From the NCBI GenBank assembly GCA_030390025.1, contig CM059438.1, forward strand, positions 66,962,001 to 67,026,000: a stretch of 64,000 nt of DNA. The letters are read 5' to 3'. Position 1 is the stretch's first letter, and every line of letters starts with the position of its first letter. Below are positions 25,505-38,636 of the stretch, piece by piece. Source of the DNA: Squalus acanthias. Taxonomy: Eukaryota. The translations under genes were made by a program, and so were the position numbers. The notes beneath the pieces were generated by a model. It ran no database searches, was not told the origin of the DNA, and was given only the letters and a program-made list of their open reading frames with translations.

Positions 25505-25948
25505 TGTCAGCTTGGCTCAGTTAGTATCACACTTGACTTTGAGGTAGAAGGTTGTTATTTCAAGCCCAACTACAGACTTGAGCATATAATCATGGCTGAC
25601 ACGTTAGTACTGAAGGAGTGCTGCGTCATGAGGATGAAACATTAAATTGAGGTCCCATCAGCTTCTCACATGGGTGTAAAAAAAAAATCCCGTTGCATCA
25701 TTTAAAGAAGAGCAGTCAGTTCTCCTGGTCTCGAGGATCACATTTCTCCCTCCGCCAATGCCAACAAAAACAGATGATCCATTCATTTGTTTGCTGGGTG
25801 TGAGATCTTGCTGTGCCCACATTGGCTGCTGTGTTTGCCGAAGTAACAATAGTGATTGCACCACAAGAGTAACCCATTGATTGCAAACCATTTTGGGATG
25901 TCCTGAAGACTTGCTAAGGCGCTATATAAATGCAAGTTCTTTCTTTCT
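25505..25948 (+). mobile_element. tRNA-derived SINE with L2-like tail
   Basis: A-box TGGCTCAGTT; tail AAGGCGCTATATAAATGCAAG + TTTC repeats; homologous to 55510-55974. Confidence 0.75.
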
Positions 25949-27068
25949 CAGATACTAGACAACGAGAACAACTGGACTCAAACTCAACTTTACCAACACA
26001 AAATTGTTTGTTTTCTGGCGATGGTAAGATGAAATCAACATCAGCCAACATATCCTGATTAATGATGTATCCAATTTGATTACAGTTCGCAGTGGGCTTC
26101 CATCTTCACAGAAGCATTTGATCAAATGAGAGCCCTTATTAGGCACTATCTTTTTCCCAGCAGCAACTAATTGCTTATACATTGTATGTGTCAACAAAGC
26201 TTTGAGTGCTGTGTAACAGGCTTAACAGTTAAATGATCATCTGCTAAGGAGTGTGATTTCAGAGAGGTTCTGCACGAGCATCAGGTTGAAAGCTTTCATC
26301 ATTAAATGGCTGCACAATTGCAGAAAATAAGCGAGGGGTAGCAATGTGATAATTTGCCCAGATGGCAATTTCTGCAGTCAGCGTTTTTACCGACACTGAA
26401 TAAAGTTAGTGGCGTTGGTCTCGATCTTGTGATCCTTGTCTCTGGAGGCACAGTGTCTGTTTGATACAGTTGTGCCTATTATAAACTAGTTGCTGAGCCA
26501 TAAACACCGACCTTGAACACTTGACAGAGAGAGAAAAAGAAAGGTACATGCTGGAAATCCAAAATTAAAAACGAAAACACACAGCAGGTTGGTCAGCGTC
26601 TGAAAGAGACAGGGCAGGCAAACTTTTATCAGAATAAATACTGTTTGTGTTTTATACTCTTGGTGGCAATCAACTATCGATTGCCACTTATACATTTTAA
26701 GAGGTTACATTAATTCTTCTGTGCTGAAGAAGGGACTCATTCAAAACATTAACCTATATGTTTTCTGCTTCTTGTTTCTCTAGATGCTTAAAATAGATTC
26801 AAGGTGTATTATTACACTTAATTATTGAGCATGTAAGATGTTGTGAATTTTTCCTTCCAAATAATAACCAACCTTTTCATTGCCCTGTTATGTACAGTGG
26901 ATCCTTCTTTGTAAAAAAAAACATGCCTGTGACAAGCAAACTAATTCCCCAACTCCCACTGTTAATAACAGTCCAGCAACAATCTATGTCAATTGACTTG
27001 AGCAAATTCTGCTTTTCCTTCTGGGCTAAACAGTGACAACTCAGATCATAACTGTGAATGAGGAGTAA

Positions 27069-30000
27069 TATAAGAACATAAGAAATAGAAGCAGGAGTAG
27101 GCCATTCAGCTCCTCGAGCCTGCTCCGCCATTCAATAAGATCATGGCTGATCTTTTACCTCAACTCCACTTTCCTGCACTATCCCCATATCCCGTGATTC
27201 CCTTAATATCCAAAAATCTATCGATCTCTGTCTTAAATATACTCAATGACTGAGGCTCCACAGCCCCTCTGGGGTAGAGAATTCCAAAGATTCATCACCC
27301 TCTGAGTGAAGAAATTTCTCCTCATCTCAGTCCTAAATGGCAGACCCTTTATTCTGAGACGGTGACCTCTGGTTCTAGACTCCCCACCCAGGGGAAACAT
27401 CTTCCCTGCATCTACCCTGTCAAGCCCTGTAAGAATTTTGTATGTTTCAATGAGATCACCTCTCATTCTTCTAAACTCTAGAGAATATAGGCCTAGTCTA
27501 CTCAATCTCTCCTCATAGGACAATCCCCCCATCCAAGAAACCAGTCTGGTGAACATTTGTTGCACTCCCTCTATGGCAAATATATCCTTCCTTAGGTAAG
27601 GAGATCAAAACTGTACACAATACTCCAGTTGTGGTCTCACCAGGGCCCTATATAATTGCAGTAAGACGTCTTTGCTCTTATACTCAAATCCTCTTGTAAT
27701 AAAGGCCAACATACCATTTACTTTCCTAATTGCTTGCTGTACCTGCATGTTAACTTTCAGTGATTCATGTACAAGGACACACAGGTCCCTCTGAACACCA
27801 ACATTTCCCAATCTCTCACCATTTAAAAAATACTCTGCTTTTCTATTTTTCCTACCAAAGTGGATAACTTCACATTTCTCCACATTATATTCCATTTGCC
27901 ATGTTCTTGCCCACTCACTTAGTCTGTATATATACCCTTGAAGCCTCTTTGCATCCTCCTCACAACTTACATTCCCACCCAGCTTTGTATCATCAGCAAA
28001 CTTGGATATATTACATTTGGTCCCCTCATCCAAATCATTGATATAGATTGTGAATAGCTGAGGCCCAATCACTGATCCTTGCGTTACCCCACTAGTTACA
28101 GCCTGCCAACCCGAAAATGACTCGTTTATTCCTACTCTCTGTTTTCTGTCCATTAACCAATCATCAATCCATGCTAGTATATTATCCCCAATCCCTTGAG
28201 CCCTAATTTTGTTTAATAGCCTCTTGTGTGTCACCTTATCGAATGCCTTCTGAAAATCCAAATACACCACATCCGCTGGTTCCTCCTTATCTATTCTGCT
28301 AGTTACAACCTCAAAGAACTCACAGTTTCGTCAAACCTGATTTCCCTTTCATAAATCCGTGTTGAATCTGCCCAATCCTATTATTATTTTCTAAGTGTTC
28401 TGTTACCACGTCCTTATTAATAGATTCTAGCATTTTCCCTACTATTGATGTCAGGCTAACTGGTCTGCAGTTCCCCGTTTTCTCTCTCCCTCCTTTCTTA
28501 AATAGTGGGGTTACATTTGCTACCTTCCAATCCACGGGAACTGTTCTAGAATCGGTGGAATTTTAGAAGATGACAACCAATGCATCCACTATCTCTATAG
28601 CTACTTCTTTTAAAACCCTAGGATGTAGGCCATCAGGTCCAGGGGATTTATTGGCTTTCAGTCCCATTAATTTCTCCAGTACTATTTTTTTACTAAAATT
28701 AATTCCTTTCAGTTCCTCATTCTCGCTAGACTCTTGGCTGTCCACTATTTCCGGGAGGTTTTTTGCATCTTCTTCCGTGAAGACAGGCACAAAGTATTTA
28801 TTTAATTTCTGTGCTATTTCCTTATTCCCATTATAATTTCTCCTGACTCAGCCTGTAAGGGACCCATGTTTACTTTTGCTAATCATTTCCTTTTTACATA
28901 CTTATAAAAGCTTTTACAGTCTGTTTTTATCTCTCTTGTTAGTTTACTCTCATATTCTATTTTCCCTTTCTTTATCAATTTTTTGGCCCTCCTTTGCTGA
29001 ATTCTAAAATCCTCCCAATCCTCAGGCTTACTACACTTTTTGGCAGCATTATAAGCCTCTTCCTTTGAACTAATACTATCTTTAACTTGTTAGCCATGGT
29101 TGGACCACTTTTCCTGTGGGGTTTTTATTCCTTTAGGGAATGTATATTCGTTGCGAATTATGAATTATTTATTTAAATGTTTGCCATTGCTTTTCTACTG
29201 TCATATCTTTTAATCTAGTTTCCCAACTTACCTTAGCCAACTCGCCTCTCATACCTACGTAGTTTACTTTGTTCAGGTTTAGGACCCTAGTTTTGGACTT
29301 CACTAAATCACTCTCAAACTCTACATAAAATTCTATCATATTATGATTACTGCTCCCCAGAGGCTCCTTTTCTACAAGGATATTATTAACCCTGTCTCAT
29401 TGCACAGTACTAGATCTAAAATAGCCAATTCCCTTGTAGGTTCCTTGACATACTGATCTAGAAAACTATCTTGAATGCATTCCATGAACTCTTCCCCTGT
29501 ACTATTTCTGCAAATTTGGTTTGCCCAGTCTATATGAAAATGAAAGTCCCCCATGATTACTGTGTTACCCTTGTTACATGCATCTCTAATTTCCTGATTT
29601 ATACTCTGCCTGACACTACAACCACTGTTAGTCTATGGACTACTCCCACTAGCGTTTTCTGCCCTTTGTTGTTTCTTAGCTCCACCTGATTCAACATTTT
29701 GCTTTTCTGAGCCAAGATCCTTTCACTCTACTGTCTTTATTTCCTTCTTTAATATCAGGGCTACCCTTCCTCCTTTTCCATTCTGCCTGTCTCTTCTAAA
29801 AGTGAAATATCCTGGAATATTTAGTTCCCAACCTTGGTCATTTTGCAACCACGTCTGGCTATTAAATCAAACTAATTTATTTCTATCTGCGCTACTAATT
29901 CATCTATTTTGTTGCGAATGCTTTGTGCACTCAGATATAGTACCTTTAGCTTTAACTTTTTTCTATTTTTCCCTGATGTCACTTTAGTCACTAATGCCCT

Positions 30001-30350
30001 ATTAGCTTTATTAATCTTTCTGTCCCTTCCTGACCCACTCTGCTTATCTTTACCCAGATCACTACTCTGCTCTACAGCCTTGACATTTCTCTTACTGCTT
30101 TTGAATTTACCCTTTCCTGAATCCTCCCCCCCCCCCCCCCCCCCACTTCATTCGTTTAAAGCCCTATCTACCGCCCTAGTTATTCCATTCACCAGGACAC
30201 TGGTCCCAGCCCGGTTTAAGTGGAGCCCGTCCCGCGGAACAGCTCTCTCTTTCCCCTGTACTGGTGCCATGAATTGAAACCCCTGCCTCCCACACCACCT
30301 TTTGAGCCACGTATTTAACCTTCCAATCTGTTTGACCCTATGCCAATTTG
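27069..30350 (-). mobile_element. Long degenerate CR1 LINE (RT, partial endonuclease, ORF1 esterase remnant)
   Basis: ORFs 27233-27565, 27605-28270 (FADD), 28320-28790, 29372-29554 (GDF..LDLVL); minus-strand DGLHLNRAGTSVL SGNH-esterase motif near 30193-30234. Confidence 0.93.
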
Positions 30351-30351
30351 C

Positions 30352-30718
30352 GCTACTCTCAGTGAGTTTGGGCCTCCTCTCCTCTGTTCTTTATTCCCCT
30401 GGCTCCGCTCCATCCCCGACCAGGCCCGCTCTCACTACTGCTCTCGGTGTGTTTGGGCCTCTCCCTCCTCCACTCTTTATTCCCCTGGCTCCGCTCCATC
30501 CCTGACCAGGCCCGCTCTCGCCGCTGCTCTCGGTGAGTTTGGGCTTCCTCTCCTCTGTTCTTTATTCCCCTGGCTCCGCTCCATCCCCGACCAGGCCCGC
30601 TCTCACTACTGCTCTCGGTGTGTTTGGGCCTCTCCCTCCTCCACTCTTTATTCCCCTGGCTCCACTCCGTCCCTGACCAGGTCTGCTCTTGCCGCTGCTC
30701 TCCGTGAGTTTGGGCCTC
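30352..30718. repeat. About 85-bp tandem repeat (4+ units, 171-bp higher-order dimer) at the CR1 5' end
   Basis: GTGAGTTTGGG / GTGTGTTTGGG alternate at about 30362, 30447, 30533, 30618, 30704. Confidence 0.9.
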
Positions 30719-30976
30719 CAAAGCAGGAGAGACATGGCACATAAAAAAGTGATTGAGAAAAGGGGAAATTCTGTCCAGTGGATTTTCATCAGAAGCAAGT
30801 AAGCAAGGTCCCACTGCTCTAAGTTGGGTCTATTTTAGCTTATTGGATAGTAAAGAGGATGTGACAGTTTTATCGGATCATTTGGATGAACTTCTGAATA
30901 ACTGATACAATTCAATAAAGAGTTCAAACGATTAGAGTTTTCTTGATGATCAACTTGCATTTATTCAACTTTCAAC

Positions 30977-31195
30977 GGGGGTACTGAGTGGTGCAGTGGT
31001 TTAGACACTGACCTTTGACAAGGATTCAAATCCAGCCCAGACTGATGGAAAGAAAGCCTTATCTGTCTGCTGGTTGTAAAGGTCCTGTATAATTACGTTG
31101 GGGATGTCTCAATTGAATTCCGAGTGGACATGGGTCTGATGCACTGAACTATGCCTAATTCACCACTAAATGGCAATCTCACTGAGAAACAAAAC
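30977..31195 (+). mobile_element. LF-SINE-like tRNA-derived SINE relic
   Basis: A-box TGGTGCAGTGG, B-box GATTCAAATCCAGCCCAG, then GTCTCA..TTCC.AGTGGACA and TGGCAATCTCA blocks in the order I recall for LF-SINE. Confidence 0.55.
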
Positions 31196-32267
31196 TTGTA
31201 TGCATAAAATGAATTTAAAGGACTATGAACCAAGCTTCTTATATTTAAAAAAACTTCTTCAGTTAAACCAAGTTGCCGAGGTAAATCTCTTCTCCAATTA
31301 TTGTTAACGTTGTTTTATTGGCCTGCCACATACGATTGAGATCACAGTGCCTTCTGTGTTTGGGATGGGTCACCAGGCTCATAATTCTCAGAATGAACAT
31401 CTGCCAACACATTGCAAATGCCTTGCACCTCTCATGGTCAGAGAAATAATTGCAAAATGCAAGTATCATCAGAGGCCGTGTTGAGCACAATCACTCCGGC
31501 GTGGTGTATGTAAAACTTGCAAACTCTGTCTTGATGTGGTGGACTCGTACAGCCATAGTAATTTTTTTTTAATATGAGGGAGTAGGAAATGTATAGGATT
31601 GGCTCGGTTCAATTTGAGGTCAGTTCCTGGTTTAGAATGTTTGACAGATAGCAAGGAGCAGTTCTTCAATTATATTCACAATGGCAACTGAGAGTTGGGG
31701 CCTGTTGCCCTGATAATGAAAAAGGGGTTGGGGGGGGCAGGGGGGTGGGGGGGGGAAACTCCATCTAAAGAAACGTTTTTAAATAAGTCCCCTGACTAAA
31801 TGCAAAGGAAACTGGGAAGTTTTCCTTTGGGACAAATTCTGAAAATGAAGCGACTTAGGACTGCTGTTGTTCTGCAACTCAAAGAAGCTTTTGTATCTGT
31901 TCCCTTAGGATGACCGCATTTTTGTGAAGTGCACATTTGTGAACAGACCTTAACTCAGGTAAGGACCTTCAGAGTGCAGATAAATGTTAATAATGGAATT
32001 AGCTGGTGGAAAAAAAAAAGTACTGCTATTTCTATCCGTATGTTTAAATATTGATTACTGTGTTCTTTGATTGCGTGTTTAAGGGTTCCTAATATTCCAA
32101 CCACCAAATTATCAAATGCTGAAGGAATACATTTGCCCAACTCAATTTATTATGCTTTCAAAGAACAGTTTACTGTGAGCTTGTAAACTCTGCACACCTC
32201 TTCAATTATATAATCTGGATCTATCTGGTTAGTCAGTTGCAACACTGATACAGCATTTAACTAATGT

Positions 32268-32861
32268 TAAGAACATAAGAACATAAGAAACAGGAGCAGG
32301 AGTAGGCTAATTGGCCCCTCGAGCCTGCTCCGCCATTCAATAAGATCATGGCTGATCCAATCTTGGCCTGAACACCACTTTCCCGCTCTCTCCCCATACC
32401 CCTTGACTCCCTTGTAGTTCAAATGTCTGTCAATCTCCGCCTTGAATATATTCAATGACTTCGCCTCCACTGCACTCTGGGGTAGAGAATTCCAAAGATT
32501 CACGACCCTCTGAGAGAAGAAATTCCTCCTCATCTCCATCTTAAATGGGTGACCCTTTATTCTGAAACTATGCCCCCTAGTTCTAGATACCCCCACTCGA
32601 GGAAACATCCTCTCAACATCCACCCTGTCAATCCCCCTCAGAATCTTATATGTTTCAATAAGATCACCTCTCATTCTTCTAAACTCCAATGAGTATAGGT
32701 CCAAACTGCTCAACCTTTCATCATACGTCAACCCCTTCATCCCAGGAATCAACCTAGTGAACCTTCCCTGCACTGCCTCCAATGTAAGTATATCCTTCCT
32801 TAAAATATGGAGACCAAAACTGTACGCAGTACTCCAGGTGCGGTCTCACCAGCGCCCTGTA
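32268..32861 (-). mobile_element. CR1 3' fragment
   Basis: ORF 32267-32782; AAGAACAT tail repeats. Confidence 0.95.
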
Positions 32862-32946
32862 AAGTTAAGGGCATGTCTCCATATTCTGATAGCCTAATGT
32901 ATCACAACATACAAGGATTAATCATATCTAGCAATTTACTGCACAT

Positions 32947-34099
32947 AGAGATTCGCATGCAAAGTTAAAGCACATGGGATTGGGGGTAAAGTATTGACTT
33001 GGATAGAGAACTGGTTGGCAGACAGGAAGCAAAGAGTTGGAATAAACGGGTCTTTTTCCGAGTGGCAGGCAGTGACTAGTGGGGTACCGCAGGGATCGGT
33101 GCTAGGACCCCAGCTATTCACAATATATATTAATGATTTAGACGAGGGAACTAGATGTAATATCTCCAAGTTTGCAGACGACACAAAGCTGGGTGGGCGA
33201 GTGTGCAATAGGAGGATGCAGAGAAACTCCAGTACGATTTAGACAGGTTGGGTGAGTGGGCAAATGCATGGCAGATGCAGTATAATGTGGATAAATGTGA
33301 GGTTATCCACTTTGGTGGAAAAAACAGGAAGGCAGACTATTATCTGAACGGCAATAGATTGGGAAAAGGGGAGGTGCAACGAGACCTGGGTGCCCTTGTG
33401 CACCAGTCGCTGAAGGTAAGCATGCAGGTGCAGCAGGCGGTTAAGAAGGCAAATGGTATGTTGGCTTTCATAGCAAGAGGATTCGAGTACAGGAGCAGGG
33501 ATGTCTTGCTGCAGTTGTACAGGGCCTTGGTGAGACCACACCTTGAGTATTGTGTGCAGTTTTGGTCGCCTTATCTGAGGAAGGATGTTCTTGCCATGGA
33601 GGGAGTGCAGCAAAGATTCACCAGACTGATACCTGGGATGGCAGGGATGACGTATGAAGAGAGATTGGGTCGACTAGGCATATACTCGCTAGAGTTTAGA
33701 AGAATGAGAGGTGATCTCATTGAAACTTATAAAATTCTAACAGGACTAGACAGACTAGATGCAGGAAGGATGTTCCCGATGGCGGGTGAGTCCAGAACCA
33801 GGGGTCACAGTCTAAGGATAAGGGGTAAGCCATTTAGGACTGAGATGAGGAGGAATTTCTTTACCCAGAGAGTCTTGAACCTGTGGAATTCTCTACCACA
33901 GAAGGCAGTTGAGGCCAAATCATTAAATATATTCAAGAAGGAGTTAGATATAGTTCTTAAGGCTAAAGGGATCAAGGGATATGGGGAGAAAGCAGGGAAG
34001 GGGTACTGAATTTGGATGATCAGCCATGATCTCATTGAATGGCGGAGCAGGCTTGAAGGGCCGAATGGCCTACTCCTGCTCCTATCTTCTATGTTTCTA
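32947..34099 (+). mobile_element. Young CR1, 5'-truncated RT + 3' UTR
   Basis: ORFs 32994-33242 ([14 protein letters not shown]) and 33248-34009, separated by one frameshift. Confidence 0.95.
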
Positions 34100-35804
34100 T
34101 AATGTATGTGCAGGAAATAATGGGAAATGCCTTGCTTACTGGTGCATTTATTTTGTATGACCACTTCCTGAGTGGTCCAACTACCATGGAAACTGCTGTA
34201 TGAATATTTTTTTCAGTGGTTTTTGAAGTAGGGAGAATCTCATAAAATGACTGTGTGCAAGTGGCTGTTTATAAAGTCCCAATTTGCAACGAGGTAGCTG
34301 ACTGCTGCGACTCACCTAATAGCAGGGGACAGGTCAGCAAGCACGGAGAGTGGCTTGACCAATCTGTTGAGGCCTCTTCTGAAGGCATGTCCACCAAAAG
34401 GGCGATATTGCCTCTGGAGATCTTTGTGGACACCACCTCTTTGATGGACCATGTTGTGTTCACATTGCCAATTTAACATATAGTGGCATTGTTGTTGACA
34501 GGAGCAAATTGAAAGCTTGACAAATGAAGGACAAATTAAACAGTCTTAAAATCTAAGTAATATGATGCAAATTTAAAGACTTGCGGTGTGTGAATAATCT
34601 ATCAAGGAAGGCAGTGTATTTTCTGTGCAGCACAAAAGCTATTTGTTACAGCAATCAGGGTGCACTGCAGGATATATATTTTTCCTGTTTCATTGCTGAT
34701 GTGTCTCACTATTGATTCCATTCTTAGGTTTGGAGCCACTCTCTGCTTCTATATTCATGCAAATTCCACTGACTGCATTATTGTGAGACCTTTCCTTCAG
34801 ACAAACCCAATCTGCTTTACCCTTGACGACTTTGCTCTGCTTTTAATTCTCTGTGAGGCCGGTGACTAATTTCTGCAGTGCAACAGCCGATTAATAATGG
34901 AGAAAAGAGACACTTAGCCAGGTAGCTATTCACAGACCGACTGCCCCTGGGTTCAGAATGTTCTCGAATCCGTACGGTGATTACTCTGCCAAATTCAACT
35001 TGCAAGTCAGTGTCCAGCGATTAGGCAGGAAAATTGAGCCAAATCAGTTGTGCAGCATGTAGGAAGTAAGTGATTGCAAAAGACTACATTTGCCAAATGT
35101 TAGAGCATCTGATAATGTGGACTGTGTTCTTTCTTTAAAAAAAAACCAACAAATTATACAAATTGCTCAAGCATTGAATACCTCAGAGATCTTTTAGTAA
35201 ATAGATACCCTTAATGAAAATTCAATAATAATTGTACAGATGTCTTTAAGGAATAGGTCATTTTATCATTTCCCTCCTGTGCTATCTATAGTAATCAGAT
35301 TGTGCAAGTCCAATCCAATTGAATACACTAGAGATGCACTGAATTACTTCAGAGTCTTTCAATATTACTGCTGTAGTCTTTAATTTCATGTTAAGTTAGT
35401 TTTATGCACTAAGTAATGGCATCGGGCCAGCCTTCGACTGACTCTGTTTTTGCTTCGTTACTTGTAATTGCCGGGATGTGTTTCCGCCCCTCTTGCCCTC
35501 CCCGGAAAAGAAACAAGGTGAAGGACATTGCAAGAGTAAAAAAGAAAATGAGATAAATCGGTAAAGAGGGTGGAGCCAGTCCTGTCAGAACTTGAATCAG
35601 GGCTTTGCTTATCTCCAAGAAATGCCACAAAGAAATGAGGGAGGAAGAGTTGATCTGAGATTACATCTCACCTTTGAACATTGAGAGTGCAAAAGAGAGG
35701 GAGGCCAACTTGCAATGTCTCAGTTGCTGAAGAGTTACTCTCGTCTGGCTAGACGGAACCAATTTTGTTGAAACTATAGATGGTGTTTCATATTTGTTTA
35801 TATA

Positions 35805-35880
35805 TTTGTTCTCGGGGATGTGGGCAAAGCTGGCAAGCCTGCATTTATTGCCCATCCCTAGTTGCCCTGAGGGTATTAAG
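35805..35880 (-). mobile_element. Short non-LTR retroposon 3' tail
   Basis: GGGATGTGGGC..GCTGGCAAG..GCATTTATTGCCCATCCCTA shared with 60410-60722 and 53757-53999. Confidence 0.65.
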
Positions 35881-36899
35881 AGTTGACCATGGTTGGGCAA
35901 CTTACTCTTTTTGCACAGTGAGAGACAGAACAGGCACTTCTGACTCCTCACTTGGTGACAATACCAATGACCGATTGCTACAGGACCTGTGACTTCAGAG
36001 CATCTGAAATGTTTCATTTGTGGGCAGACTTGGTAGAGTAAAGGCATCTGTGTCACTCACTCTGGGTTAGGTTTAAAATCTGTGCCAGCTCACAGATAAG
36101 GAAAACAAGAGCGATCCCTAGTGTGTATGCATGTGTGTGAAACTAGAAGGCTTGTAGAACAAGAATCTTGTTAAAGGTCAAATAGAGAAGAACGGGTTTG
36201 GGATGCTCCCGACTGTGAATCGTGGCTACAATTAATGTTTTTTTTATTAAGTTCATTTCTTAGGGGAACGGAGGTTGCCATTTTCCTTGTCTTTTCTCTG
36301 AGTGGTGTTTCTCTGGTATAGTTTTATTAATCCACAGGACAGCAAGTCAGTTCACAGACCTGCTGTACAATTGTGCTGCATTTGGTGCCCTTTTAAATGG
36401 GGAGGAGAGTGGTGTTAGTGCATATTAGGGGACTTGCTACTGGAGTCTGGTAGCATCATCCAGAGCAGAGATTTTTCACACTACAGCAGATTTGATTTAT
36501 CAATCCAATCAACTTAGTTGATTTTTAAGCAGTGCTTCATCTGTGCGAGGCCAATTTATCTGTCACACAGACTTCAATTGTAAAATTCAGAGTCATGTTA
36601 TTCGCTGATTCAACTCTGACAGAGATACAGCTTTTTTTGCATACATCACAAAAAATTGGTGTAACTCCATAAAAGACCATTCACCACTGCACATTTAATC
36701 TATGATGGAATAAATGGTTTATACCAACTACACAGAGAGCTGAGCTTTAAATAAGCACTCATAGCAGATTCAAATACCTCTGAATGTTATGCAGGTTGGT
36801 GGTGGGAGAGTAATGGATGCTGAGCAGGAAGCCAAGGAACTTAGGAGGGAAAGCAAAGGCATCTTCAATAGTAGACAGGAGAGGGTACAAGTAGCAATA

Positions 36900-37445
36900 T
36901 GAATTAAGAGGAACAGATGGTGCAGGCTGTTATGCATGGCTGGAGAATATTTCGCAGAGAGAGTGGAGGGAGGCGGCAGAGAGACTTGAAAACAAAGCCC
37001 AGGATCATCAAGCTGATATAGAGAGAGTGGAGGTGTTGAGGTTTGAAGACATAGGTGTGTAAGATTTTGTGAGGGGATTCAAGGCACGCACTTACAGATT
37101 GATTAAAGTTTGCGAAAGACGGAATCAGTGGAGCTGGGGAGTCCATAGAAGAAGAAAATTGATTCTCAGAATCTGGTTGAAGGTTTCAGCGGTGGAGGGG
37201 TGAGATAACAACATAACTTGTCAATGTTTTGGAGGTGGAAGAGGGCTCTTGGCAATAAACTGGATGTGGAATAGGAATCTCAGCTCACGCTTGTCAATGT
37301 GGAGATTAAGCAGTAGCAAGCCCAGGCTGAGGAAGCAGCCACGGAGTTTGATGCGACTGGTACTTGAGGTCCATTGGCACTGGGGAGAGCGAACAAGATA
37401 GATTCAGTTCTGCTGATGTTAAGCTGTATGAAGTATACCTCAGCT
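36900..37445 (-). mobile_element. Old L2-type fragment
   Basis: Degenerate similarity to the L2 tails (LGFVFKSL; LQLNISRTE remnants). Confidence 0.5.
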
Positions 37446-38636
37446 TGATAAGAACATAAGAACATAGGAAATAGGAGCAGGAGTAGGCCATTCGGCCCCT
37501 CGAGCATGCTCCGCCATTCAATAAGATCATGGCTGATCCTCTACCTCAACTCCACTTTCCTGCACTATCCCCATATCCCTTGATTCCCTTAATATCCAAA
37601 AATCTAGCGATTTTTGTCTTGAATATACTCAACGACTGAACCTCCACAGCCCTCTGGGGTAGAGAATTCCAAAGATTCACCACCATCTGAGTGAAGAAAT
37701 TTCTCCTCATCTCAGTCCTAAATGGCCGACCCCTTATTCTGAAACTGTGACCCCTGTTTCTAGGCTCCCCAGCCAGGGGAAACATTCTCCCTGCATCTAC
37801 CCTGTCAAGCCCTGTAAGAATTTTGTATGTTTCAATGAGATCACCTCTCATTCTTCTAAACTCTAGAGAATATAGACCTAGTCTACTCAATCTCTTCTCA
37901 AAGGACAATACCCCCCATCCCAGGAATCAGTCTGGTGAACCTTCGTTGCACTCCTCTATGGCAACTATATCCTTCCTGAGGTAAGGAGACCAAAACTGTA
38001 CACAATACTCCAGGTGTGGTCTCACCAGGGCCCTATTTCATTTCAGTAAGACATCTTGGGGGAAAAATTCGGTTGGTTTGCGCCTCCCGTTAGCGCCTTA
38101 AGAGGGTGCTAATGGGGTGCAAAGCAACTAGCGCCTGGGCACGGCGATGTCTGCGCTGCTCGCAAAATTGACCAGACATTTTGCAGCGGCGCTAAACACT
38201 ACCGCCCCGATCTCCTGCGCCCGCAGATCTTGACGTCAGTCGAGCGTGCAACGCCTTGTGGCGCCCCGGACCGGATATTGAGTGGCGCTCCCCTCCTTTC
38301 CGCCTGGCACAAGCAACGACAGGGAGACTGGAACGTTTCCCAGTCAGTGAGGGGCTGGGGGATGCTATTTAAAGGCAGCCTCTTCCTGGCTTTTTCTGTG
38401 GTAGACATTTTTGCACCACTTGTTCTGACAGAAAGAGAGATTCTGAGAGAGAGGAGAGACTTCTGCATAGAGTCAATGCTGTGTGAAGTAGTTTTGGCTA
38501 CTGAGCATCACTTTGCAGGTACTTTTGGATTTGACCTTCATTACTTCGATTACCAAGAGACTCTGAGGGCTGCACTGATAGGGGGGCCGTCGTCCTGCGC
38601 CTGCAGAATCGGAGGCAACAGAGACACAGAGAGAGA

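Noticed and set aside
26720..26803. Possible microexon after TTTCTCTAG and a CTGAAGA hammerhead-like box
   Set aside because: Looks like a decayed PLE tail; GAAA box and stem II are broken; 20-nt length with a weak donor
30340..30814. ORFs of 134-151 aa and CRISPR-like spacing
   Set aside because: Pure tandem repeat; intervening segments are themselves repeated
31909..31958. 50-nt segment with good acceptor and CAG|GTAAGG donor
   Set aside because: Stops in all three frames; no support beyond splice-like signals (could be non-coding or chance)
32268..34099. Head-to-head CR1 pair as a composite element or twin-priming inversion
   Set aside because: Different subfamilies with different tails, each with its own 3' end, separated by unique spacer; most simply independent insertions
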